The notes below the pieces were generated by a model. That model searched no databases. It saw nothing but the letters and a program-made list of their open reading frames with translations, and was not told the DNA's origin. A program made the translations under genes and the position numbers. Below are positions 1 to 6,838 of a stretch of 24,678 bases of DNA, in pieces (positions within the stretch are counted from its first letter, which is position 1; each line of letters opens with the position of its first letter). The stretch is from Meiothermus sp. (lineage in GTDB: Bacteria > Deinococcota > Deinococci > Deinococcales > Thermaceae): contig JANRLD010000082.1 in NCBI GenBank assembly GCA_033762915.1, positions 1 to 24,678 on the forward strand, written 5' to 3'.

Positions 1-86
1 TGGCCTTTTCGTGTCTCGGCCAAAGCCACGGCTTCTCGTTTGAACTCGGCGGTGTACACCCTCCGTTTTCCTTTACTGTTGCTCAT
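1..86 (-). CDS. IS3-family transposase OrfA, N-terminal fragment
   Basis: Manual translation MSNSKGKRRVYTAEFKREAVALAETRKG. YTxEFKxEAV is the typical start of IS3 OrfA HTH proteins. Not in the ORF track because it is truncated. Confidence 0.8.
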   Translation of the reverse strand, partial: MSNSKGKRRVYTAEFKREAVALAETRKG

Positions 87-141
87 ACTGCCTCCTATTC
101 TGGAGGCTTATCCTCTACTCAACAATTTCGGGGTAATTTCA
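1..141 (-). mobile_element. Left end of an IS3-family insertion sequence, cut by the contig start
   Basis: Minus strand from 141 reads TGAAATTACCCCGAAATTGTTGAGTAGAGG (5'-TG terminus typical of IS3), followed by an AGGAGG RBS and an OrfA-like start. Locally AT-rich. Confidence 0.8.
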
Positions 142-309
142 ATTCTGTTTACGAGGGCGAGAGCGCCGCCTCGAGCTGCACTGCACTACTCGAGCCAACT
201 ACTGCTCAATATTCGCCTTGCGGGCCTCGAGCCAGTTCATCAGTTCCCCCTCTGGCCCCATACAGCCATGTGCAGTCCACTGCACGTCAAGGGGGTGTAG
301 TCTAGGGCC

Positions 310-678
310 ATGCAGGGACTTATTTGGCGGTTGATCCTCAATACGGCGGCGCTCTGGCTGCTCACCCAACTCTACGGAGGGGTCTTCTTCGCGTCCGGCA
401 GCCAGTTGGTGGATTACCTGGTGGCAGGGCTGATCCTGGGCGTGGTCAACGCCTTTATCCGCCCGGTGTTGCTGTTGTTCACGTTGCCCATCAACTTCCT
501 GACCCTGGGGCTGTTCACGTTGGTAATCAACGCGGCGGTGCTGCTGCTGGTCTCCGGGCTTACCAACCTCGAGGTGCGCACCTTCGGCGCAGCCTTCCTC
601 GGCGCGATCATCCTCTCGGTCATCAGCTACGCCCTGAGCATGGTCTTCGGCTCGCCCGAGCGGGAGCGGCGAAGGTAG
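310..678 (+). CDS. YvlD/DUF360-type 4-TM membrane protein (superfamily IV holin-like)
   Basis: 122 aa, four hydrophobic segments, signature GVVNAFIRPVLLLFTLPINFLTLGLFTLVINA. TAGTCT at 298-303 lies 6 nt before the ATG (leaderless). Confidence 0.88.
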   Translation: MQGLIWRLILNTAALWLLTQLYGGVFFASGSQLVDYLVAGLILGVVNAFIRPVLLLFTLPINFLTLGLFTLVINAAVLLLVSGLTNLEVRTFGAAFLGAIILSVISYALSMVFGSPERERRR

Positions 679-739
679 AACCGGGGCCTGGTGCCTCACT
701 GCCCCGTATAACCCCTTCGGGTTCCCATATAATCCAGCC

Positions 740-1327
740 GTGGCCGTCCGACCCAAAACCCTCGACCGTCGCGCCGAAATCTTGCAGGCGGCCAGGGCCG
801 TGTTCGCCGAGAAGGGCCTCGAGGCCGCCAAAATCTCGGAGATCGTGGCTCGAGCGGGGGTGGCGCAGGGGACGTTTTATCTGTATTTTCCCTCCAAGAC
901 TTCGCTGGTGGAGGCGCTGGCCTCGGAGGCTTACGGGGCCATCCTCGACTCGCTCAAGGCCGCCAGCGTGGGCAAGGCCACCTACGCCGAGCGGCTCGAG
1001 GCCATGATCCGAGCGGCCTTCGCGGCGGGGCGGGGCTTCGACGACGTGAACGCCATCTTGCAGATGGGGGTGGCGCTGGTCGAGCGGCCCGCCGACTGGC
1101 AGCGCTACCTCGAGCCCTTCGACCAGTTTCTGACCGAGTTCGTCCGGCAGGGCATGGCGGCGGGGGAACTCGAGCCCTCCCTCAACCCCGAGCGAACCGC
1201 CCGCCTGCTCTTCCTCACCGTCAACGCCGCCATCGACGAGTGCTTCACCTTCCACCCCGAGCAAGACCCCGAAATGTTCGTACTCGAGACGGTGGGCTTT
1301 GTGCAGCGGGCGCTGCTGAAGCGGTAA
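740..1327 (+). CDS. TetR/AcrR family transcriptional regulator
   Basis: N-terminal HTH ILQAARAVFAEKG...ISEIVARAGVAQGTFYLYFPSK. TATAAT at 728-733 lies 6 nt before the GTG. Confidence 0.93.
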   Translation: MAVRPKTLDRRAEILQAARAVFAEKGLEAAKISEIVARAGVAQGTFYLYFPSKTSLVEALASEAYGAILDSLKAASVGKATYAERLEAMIRAAFAAGRGFDDVNAILQMGVALVERPADWQRYLEPFDQFLTEFVRQGMAAGELEPSLNPERTARLLFLTVNAAIDECFTFHPEQDPEMFVLETVGFVQRALLKR

Positions 1328-1471
1328 AGGGCGCTCACCCCGCTCCGGCGACCAAGCGAGGCAGGCCCTTGCCCCCGAGTTCACCGCCACGGCAGATTTC
1401 GATCTTCCCGGCAGCAACCGTGGGGCCGCGCACTTGACCTAAACCTTGCCTCGAGCTACCCTATTTCCCAA

Positions 1472-1492
1472 TATGACTGACAGTCAGTCATA
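1472..1492. promoter_or_regulatory. Perfect inverted repeat, probable TetR operator of the P450 gene
   Basis: TATGACTGAC-A-GTCAGTCATA (10-bp arms), overlapping a CATAAT -10-like hexamer just upstream of the P450 GGAGG RBS. Confidence 0.75.
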
Positions 1493-1509
1493 ATCTCGAG
1501 GAGGCCCGA

Positions 1510-2841
1510 ATGTCCCCAACCGTGAAGCGCCCCCCCAATCTCCGAAACCTCTCGGCCCAGCAAAAGCTGGCCCTCCAGGCCACCGGCGGCGACGTGCTGG
1601 CCTACTTCCCGCACGTGGCGCAGCACTATGGCGACGTGGTCGACATCAGCTCGGACAACTGGCAGTCCTACCTGCTCTCCCACCCCGAGCACATCGAGCA
1701 CGTCCATGTCCAGACCGGCCGCATCTTTGACAAGGGCTACGGCGGCGACCCGATGCTCGACGCCCTGTTCGGCAACGGGATCATCGTCAGCGAGCGGGAG
1801 TTCTGGCTGCGCCAGCGGCGGATGATCCAGCCCGCCTTCCACCGCGAGCGCATCGCAGGCTACGCCGAAGTCATGACCGCCTACGCCCTGCGGATGGTGC
1901 AAGGCTGGGAGCCCGGCCAGACCCGCGACGTCCACGAAGACATGATGGCGGTGACCCTCGAGATCATCCTCAAGACCCTTTTCGACACCGAACTCGGCGA
2001 CCAAACCGCCGCGATGGGGCGCATCATGGACGGCGTGCTGGGCGGCATGGCCGAGATGCAGACCCAGGACCCCGCCGCTTTCGCCCGGGGCCAGGGGCGC
2101 TTCGGAGACTCGATTGCCGGGCTTAACGCCTTCACCGCCCGGGTCATCGCGGAGCGCCAAAACAACCCTCGAGACACCGGCGACCTGCTCTCCATGCTGC
2201 TGGCGACCCGCGACGATGACGGCAAGGGCATGGACGACCAGCAGATTCTCGACGAGTGCAAGAACCTGATCATGGCCGGGCACGAGACCACCTCCAACAC
2301 CCTGACCTGGACCTGGCTGCTGCTCTCACAGAACCCCCAGGCCGAGGCCAAGCTGCACGCCGAACTCGAGGCCGTGCTGGGGGGCCGGGCACCAACCATG
2401 GCAGACCTGGGGCGGCTGGAATACACCAACTGGGTGATCAAGGAGGCCATGCGGATCTACCCACCGGTCTTCGGGGTGAGCCGGGTGGCCGCCCGCGACA
2501 CCGAAATCGGGGGCTACTTCGTCCCCGCCGGGATGACCCTGCAGATGAGCCAGTGGGTCGTCCACCGCGACCCCAGGTGGTTTGCCGAGCCCCTGGAGTT
2601 CCGCCCCGAGCGCTGGGCCGACGACCTTGAGAGGCGCATCCCCAAGTACGCCTACTTTCCGTTCGGCGGCGGCGCGAGGATGTGCATCGGCAACAGCTTC
2701 GCCCTGATGGAAGCCCCCCTGATTCTGGCCACGGTGGCACAAAAGTTCAGGCTCGAGGTGCTGCCCCAGGAGGTCGTGCTCGAGCCCTCCATCACGCTGC
2801 GCCCCCAGCACGGGCTAAAGGTGCGGCTCGAGCGGCGGTAG
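1510..2841 (+). CDS. Cytochrome P450
   Basis: I-helix AGHETT, ExxR (EAMR), PERW, heme motif FPFGGGARMCIG. GGAGG RBS. Confidence 0.96.
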   Translation: MSPTVKRPPNLRNLSAQQKLALQATGGDVLAYFPHVAQHYGDVVDISSDNWQSYLLSHPEHIEHVHVQTGRIFDKGYGGDPMLDALFGNGIIVSEREFWLRQRRMIQPAFHRERIAGYAEVMTAYALRMVQGWEPGQTRDVHEDMMAVTLEIILKTLFDTELGDQTAAMGRIMDGVLGGMAEMQTQDPAAFARGQGRFGDSIAGLNAFTARVIAERQNNPRDTGDLLSMLLATRDDDGKGMDDQQILDECKNLIMAGHETTSNTLTWTWLLLSQNPQAEAKLHAELEAVLGGRAPTMADLGRLEYTNWVIKEAMRIYPPVFGVSRVAARDTEIGGYFVPAGMTLQMSQWVVHRDPRWFAEPLEFRPERWADDLERRIPKYAYFPFGGGARMCIGNSFALMEAPLILATVAQKFRLEVLPQEVVLEPSITLRPQHGLKVRLERR

Positions 2842-2902
2842 GGCAAAAACAGCCAATACGGTAGCTTGGGGGCCGTGCGGGCGGCAAGAAACCGCCCAAA
2901 CC

Positions 2903-4501
2903 TTAGCGCCCCCTGCCCCCCTGCTCCCCCGCCCGCACCTTGCCCGAAAGCAGCTCTCGAGCGTGCCCCAGCGCGGCCTCCGAGTAGCTCCCAGAGAGCA
3001 TCCGGGCCAGCTCGCGCACGCGCCCATCGCCGTCCACAGCCTCGACCTCGACCCGGGCCCCGGCCTTGACCACGCGGTAGTGGGTCTGGGCCTTGGCGGC
3101 AATCTGGGCCAGGTGGGTGACCACCAAAACCTGGCGTTTTTGGGCCAGCTTGGCCAAGCGGTCGGCGACTTGCCAGGCGGCCTCGCCGCCCACGCCCGCG
3201 TCCACCTCATCGAAGACCACGGTCCCAGCCTCGGAGCCGGTGAGCAGGGCCAGGGCCAGCATCACCCTCGAGAGTTCACCGCCCGAGGCAGCCTTCTCCA
3301 GCGCGGCCTCGGGCATGCCAGGGTTGGCCGAGAAGAGGAGCTGGACTTCCTCCAGGCCCTCCGGGCCGGGCTGCTCGAGGGGACTCAGCCCCACCCTGAA
3401 GCGGGCCGAGGCCATGCCCAGGCCAGCGATCTCCTTGGTGGCGTTGTCCGATAGGGCGGCGGCGGCCTTCTCGCGGGCAGCGCTGAGGAGCCTGCCCTTG
3501 GCCATCAGGTCGTCCCAGGCCTTGGCCTGTTGGGCTTTGAGCTCCTCCAGGCGATCCTCGGCGCCCTCGAGCAGCTTCAGTTCGCGCCGGGCACTGTCGG
3601 CGAAGGCCAGCACCGCCCCCAGGCCGGGGCCGTACTTGCGCTCGAGCTTCTCGATCAGGGCCAGCCGGACCTCCACCTCCTCGAGGCGGTTGGGGTCGGC
3701 CTCGAGGTTCTCGAGGTAGTCCTCCAGCTCCCGCGCCACCGCCCCCAGGCCGTCCAGGGCCACCTGCAAATCGGCGGCCAAGCCCTCGAGGCTGCGGTCG
3801 TAGCGGCTGGCGGCCTTGATCTCGCGCAGCGCCAGCGCCGCCAGCCCCGCCGCGTCGGCCTCTCCGCTGAGGGCGTTTGAGGCCGAGCCGACCCGCTCGC
3901 GCAGGGTCTCGAGGTGGCGCAGCCGCTCGGCCTCTTGCCCCAGGCTGACGTCCTCCCCCACCTGCAGCTTGGCGGCCTCAATCTCCTGGGTCTGGAACTT
4001 GAGGATGTCCAGGTTGCGCTCGCGCTCCCGGGCGGCGGCCTCGAGGCGCTCGATCTCGGCCAGAAGGCCCTGGTAGTGCGCATAACTGGCGCGGTAGGCC
4101 CCGAGCAGCTTGGCGTCGATCTGCGAGTCCAGCAGGCCACGCTGGGCCTTGCGGCTGCCCATGGCCAGGGCGGCGTGCTGGGCGTGGATGGCAAGGTGCT
4201 GGGCGGTTTCCTCGGTGAGTTCCTTGAGGCTGACCACCTCGCCCTCGATTCGGGGTACCGAGCGCCCGCCGGAGTAGCGCCTGGAAAGGCTGCGCCCGCC
4301 GAAGAAGGCCGTGACCAGCAGGGTGTCGGCACCACTTCTCAGCATCCCCTCGGCCTTCTCGCCCATCAGGAGCGAGAGCGCGTCCACCAGCACGCTCTTG
4401 CCCGCCCCGGTCTCGCCCGTGAGCACGGTCAGCCCCGCCCCGAACTCCAGCGCCACCCGCTCCAACACCGCCAGATTTTGCACCTCGAGCCGCTCCAACA
4501 T
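2903..4501 (-). CDS. recN: DNA repair protein RecN (start moved to ATG 4501, MLERLEVQNLA)
   Basis: Walker A GETGAGKS, coiled coil, FSANPG, ASGGELSR signature, Walker B VVFDEVDAGVGG, VTHLAQIA. The 108-aa N-terminal extension in the ORF track is not RecN-like. Confidence 0.95.
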   Translation of the reverse strand: MLERLEVQNLAVLERVALEFGAGLTVLTGETGAGKSVLVDALSLLMGEKAEGMLRSGADTLLVTAFFGGRSLSRRYSGGRSVPRIEGEVVSLKELTEETAQHLAIHAQHAALAMGSRKAQRGLLDSQIDAKLLGAYRASYAHYQGLLAEIERLEAAARERERNLDILKFQTQEIEAAKLQVGEDVSLGQEAERLRHLETLRERVGSASNALSGEADAAGLAALALREIKAASRYDRSLEGLAADLQVALDGLGAVARELEDYLENLEADPNRLEEVEVRLALIEKLERKYGPGLGAVLAFADSARRELKLLEGAEDRLEELKAQQAKAWDDLMAKGRLLSAAREKAAAALSDNATKEIAGLGMASARFRVGLSPLEQPGPEGLEEVQLLFSANPGMPEAALEKAASGGELSRVMLALALLTGSEAGTVVFDEVDAGVGGEAAWQVADRLAKLAQKRQVLVVTHLAQIAAKAQTHYRVVKAGARVEVEAVDGDGRVRELARMLSGSYSEAALGHARELLSGKVRAGEQGGRGR

Positions 4502-4509
4502 TGCCCTAT

Positions 4510-4540
4510 AGCCTAGCACACGGTTTTGTTCGGAACGTAA
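4510..4540 (-). promoter_or_regulatory. recN promoter: extended -10 with an imperfect 17-bp palindrome over the -35 region
   Basis: Minus strand TGcTAGGCT (4518-4510), 8 nt before the ATG. Palindrome TTTTGTTCGGAACGTAA at 4524-4540. Confidence 0.55.
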
Positions 4541-4543
4541 TGT

Positions 4544-4760
4544 GTGTGTTACAGCGGTCCCCACCAATACCCCGCACCCAGAGACCCCGACGTGCGGGGT
4601 ATCTAACGTCCGCTTTAGCACATTGCCACCCGAGGCGTAAGGGTGGGAACCGCAGTAGGGCGGGCACCTGCCGACGGCAGTTAGCGTCAGGCCTACGGCC
4701 AGTCGCGCAGCGAAACCCGAGCGCGGGCAGATCCGGCTCGGCTGCGGGAGGTTCTTTCTG
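4544..4760 (+). ncRNA. Candidate structured non-coding RNA, family unassigned
   Basis: Nested helices: 4545-4557/4610-4622, 4567-4577/4592-4602 (11 bp perfect), 4626-4631/4641-4646, 4650-4656/4741-4747, and 4668-4672/4726-4730 enclosing three small hairpins. G-U pairs favour the + strand. U-rich tail at 4752-4759. Confidence 0.4.
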
Positions 4761-4774
4761 AAAACGGTGGATAG

Positions 4775-4806
4775 AAAACGCCCCCTCTCCGAAGCAAGAG
4801 GGGGCG
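4775..4806 (-). terminator. Intrinsic terminator downstream of hflX
   Basis: CGCCCCCTCT/AGAGGGGGCG 10-bp stem with a UUUU tail on the minus strand. Confidence 0.8.
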
Positions 4807-4821
4807 CCGGCTCGAGGGCCC

Positions 4822-6522
4822 TCAATCCGCCGAGGCGGGGAAGCTCGAGTAGTTCTCGACGTAGCTCGCCCAGGCCGCCGGGCGCACGCCCTTGGCGATC
4901 AGGGCTTCGGCAACGGCGTTCTTGAGTTCCGGTAGGCCGGTACCCTTGACCGCCGAGACCGGCAGGCCGCCGAGGCGCTCCTTAAGGAACTCGAGGTCGT
5001 AGCCGTCGGCGCGGTCGGTCTTGGAGAGCACCAGCAACCGCTGGCTTTCCACGCCCAGCTCGCCCAGCAACTCCTCGACGACCTGGTAGCGCTCCAGGGC
5101 CGCCTCGCTGCTGGCGTCCAGCACGTGCAGCAGCACGTCGGCGTCCTTCAGCTCCTCGAGGGTGCTCCTGAAGGCCTCGACCAGCTCGCCGGGCATGTGC
5201 CGGATGAAACCCACGGTGTCGGTAAACAGCACCTCGCCGATGCGCGGGAGGAAACCCCGGCGGGTGAGCGGGCGCAGGGTCGCGAAGAGCTTGTTCTCGC
5301 CCTCGTCGCCCTTCTTGGCGAGGGCCTGCATCAGGGTGGTCTTGCCCGCGTTGGTGTAGCCGACCACACCCACGATGGGGACGCCGGACTTGTCGCGCTG
5401 GCGGCGGGTCTCCTGGCGGCTCGCGCTGATGTCGGCCAGCTTGCGGGTCAGCTCGGCGATGCGGTCCTGCAGGCGGCGGCGGTCTACCTCGAGCTTGGTC
5501 TCACCCGGCCCCCGCGTCCCGATACCGCCCCCCAGCCGCGAGAGGTCTTTGCCCTGGCCCACCAGGCGCGGCAGCAGGTACTTAAGCTGGGCCAACTCGA
5601 CCTGCACCTTGGCCTCCGGAGTGCGGGCGTGCTGGGCGAAGATGTCCAGGATGACCTGGGTGCGGTCCAAAATCTTAAGACCGGTCACAGCCTCGAGCTC
5701 ACGGGCCTGGGCGGCGGTGAGTTCGATGCCGAAGATCAAGGTGGCGGCGTTCTGGTGGTAGGCGTGGCCGACCAACTCGTCCACCTTGCCGCGCCCGATG
5801 GCATAGCGGGGGTCGAGGCTGGGGCGGAACACCAGCTCCTTGTGGGCCACCACGGCCCCGGCGGTGCGGGCCAGCTCGGCGAGTTCGTCGAGGTCGACCT
5901 CGGCCTGCACGCCCTCGCCCTGGTCCACGCCCACCAACACGGCGCGTTCGCCCGAGCCGTCTTTAAGATCGAGTACCCTGGCCTGGCGGCTGAGTTCCTG
6001 CTCGAGGGCCGCTGTGGCGGCGCCAACGTCCCAGTCGGCGTAGTCGTGGTAGGGCCTCGGCGGCAGCAGGGTCCAGTCCTCTTCGTCGGCCTTGGGGGGC
6101 GACATCTGGGCGATGTGGAGCTTGCCGGGCAGCGCGGTTCCCTGCACCTCGCCGGGCACCACGTCCAGGGCCGCCATCACGTCGAGGCGGTTCAGGAAGA
6201 GCATCGAGAGGTCGGGCTTGGACAGGCCCCCGTCGCCCAGATGGGTGTGCAGCAGGCGGTAGCCCGAGAGGCGGGTCTCCACCAGCGCCGAGGGCGGCAC
6301 GCTGACCTCCTTGGCGTCGCCCACCGCGACCTGGACAACCCTACCCGCCCTGTCCATGAGCAGGCTGACCGGCTTCTCGAGTTCGCTCGAGAGATCCGCC
6401 AGGGTGCGGGCGAGTTCGCTTGTGAAAAGCCGGCTGCTGCCGACGCGGCGGTTATAGAGGTTGGCTAGGCGCTTGCGCTCTGATGGCTTGAGGCCGTTGG
6501 TCTTGCCGAAGATTTTTTCCAA
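4822..6522 (-). CDS. hflX: GTPase HflX, long form with N-terminal extension (start moved to TTG 6522)
   Basis: DRTQVILDIFAQHA, QVELAQLKY, GGGIGTRGPGETKLEVDRR, G1 GYTNAGKT, LFATL, G3 DTVG. GGAGAGGGGAG RBS precedes the TTG at 6522. Confidence 0.95.
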   Translation of the reverse strand: MEKIFGKTNGLKPSERKRLANLYNRRVGSSRLFTSELARTLADLSSELEKPVSLLMDRAGRVVQVAVGDAKEVSVPPSALVETRLSGYRLLHTHLGDGGLSKPDLSMLFLNRLDVMAALDVVPGEVQGTALPGKLHIAQMSPPKADEEDWTLLPPRPYHDYADWDVGAATAALEQELSRQARVLDLKDGSGERAVLVGVDQGEGVQAEVDLDELAELARTAGAVVAHKELVFRPSLDPRYAIGRGKVDELVGHAYHQNAATLIFGIELTAAQARELEAVTGLKILDRTQVILDIFAQHARTPEAKVQVELAQLKYLLPRLVGQGKDLSRLGGGIGTRGPGETKLEVDRRRLQDRIAELTRKLADISASRQETRRQRDKSGVPIVGVVGYTNAGKTTLMQALAKKGDEGENKLFATLRPLTRRGFLPRIGEVLFTDTVGFIRHMPGELVEAFRSTLEELKDADVLLHVLDASSEAALERYQVVEELLGELGVESQRLLVLSKTDRADGYDLEFLKERLGGLPVSAVKGTGLPELKNAVAEALIAKGVRPAAWASYVENYSSFPASAD

Positions 6523-6617
6523 GTCTCCCCTCTCCGAGTCAGACGACAAACCCCCACTAAAGCCGGTCAGCCTTAGGGGGGGAGGTTCGCAGTCTCAACT
6601 TATTCTAAAGTATAGCA
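6523..6617 (-). promoter_or_regulatory. hflX promoter and structured 5' leader
   Basis: Extended -10 TGcTATACT (6617-6609). The roughly 80-nt leader has a CCCCC-CUAAGGCU/GGCUUUAG-U-GGGGG hairpin whose 5' side contains ACCUCCCC. Confidence 0.55.
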
Positions 6618-6838
6618 CCACCCCCGTCAGGGTATGGTTATGTGGCTCACACGGCGCCACCCCGGGCTGCCCCCGCCGGATAGGGAGAGCGGTGTCTCGC
6701 GGGGCCGCAAAAGGCCGATCCCACGGGCCCACCAAATTTGCAAGATATTCAAAAGTAGGGAATAAAATGCGCCCAGATAGATAGCCATACATAAACTTCA
6801 CCTATCCACTAAAGCGTTCGACCAACCAAGGAGGACTC

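Noticed and set aside
199..240. Tiny minus-strand ORF MNWLEARKANIEQ with a GAGGGGG RBS beside the IS
   Set aside because: Only 13 codons with no other support. It may be a gene remnant but cannot be called.
310..678. Holin-like gene as evidence of a prophage
   Set aside because: This family is commonly chromosomal. No endolysin or other phage genes are nearby.
4636..4656. T-box-like sequence AAGGGTGGGAACCGC
   Set aside because: Extra G in the bulge, no convincing stem I or specifier loop, and no downstream gene on this strand.
4502..4825. 108-aa N-terminal extension of RecN, and similar extensions of DeoR, DegV and the FAD oxidase in the ORF track
   Set aside because: Family homology starts at downstream codons that have promoter or RBS support. 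The extensions cross terminators, promoters or repeats.
5125..6468. Long antisense ORFs (also 17397-18908, 14937-16001, 9699-10691, 22434-23258)
   Set aside because: Shadow frames of high-GC3 genes with no recognisable domains.
6768..6781. TGCGCCCAGATAG, similar to a group II intron 5' end
   Set aside because: Begins ATGCG rather than GTGCG. No domain V/VI or reverse transcriptase in the window.
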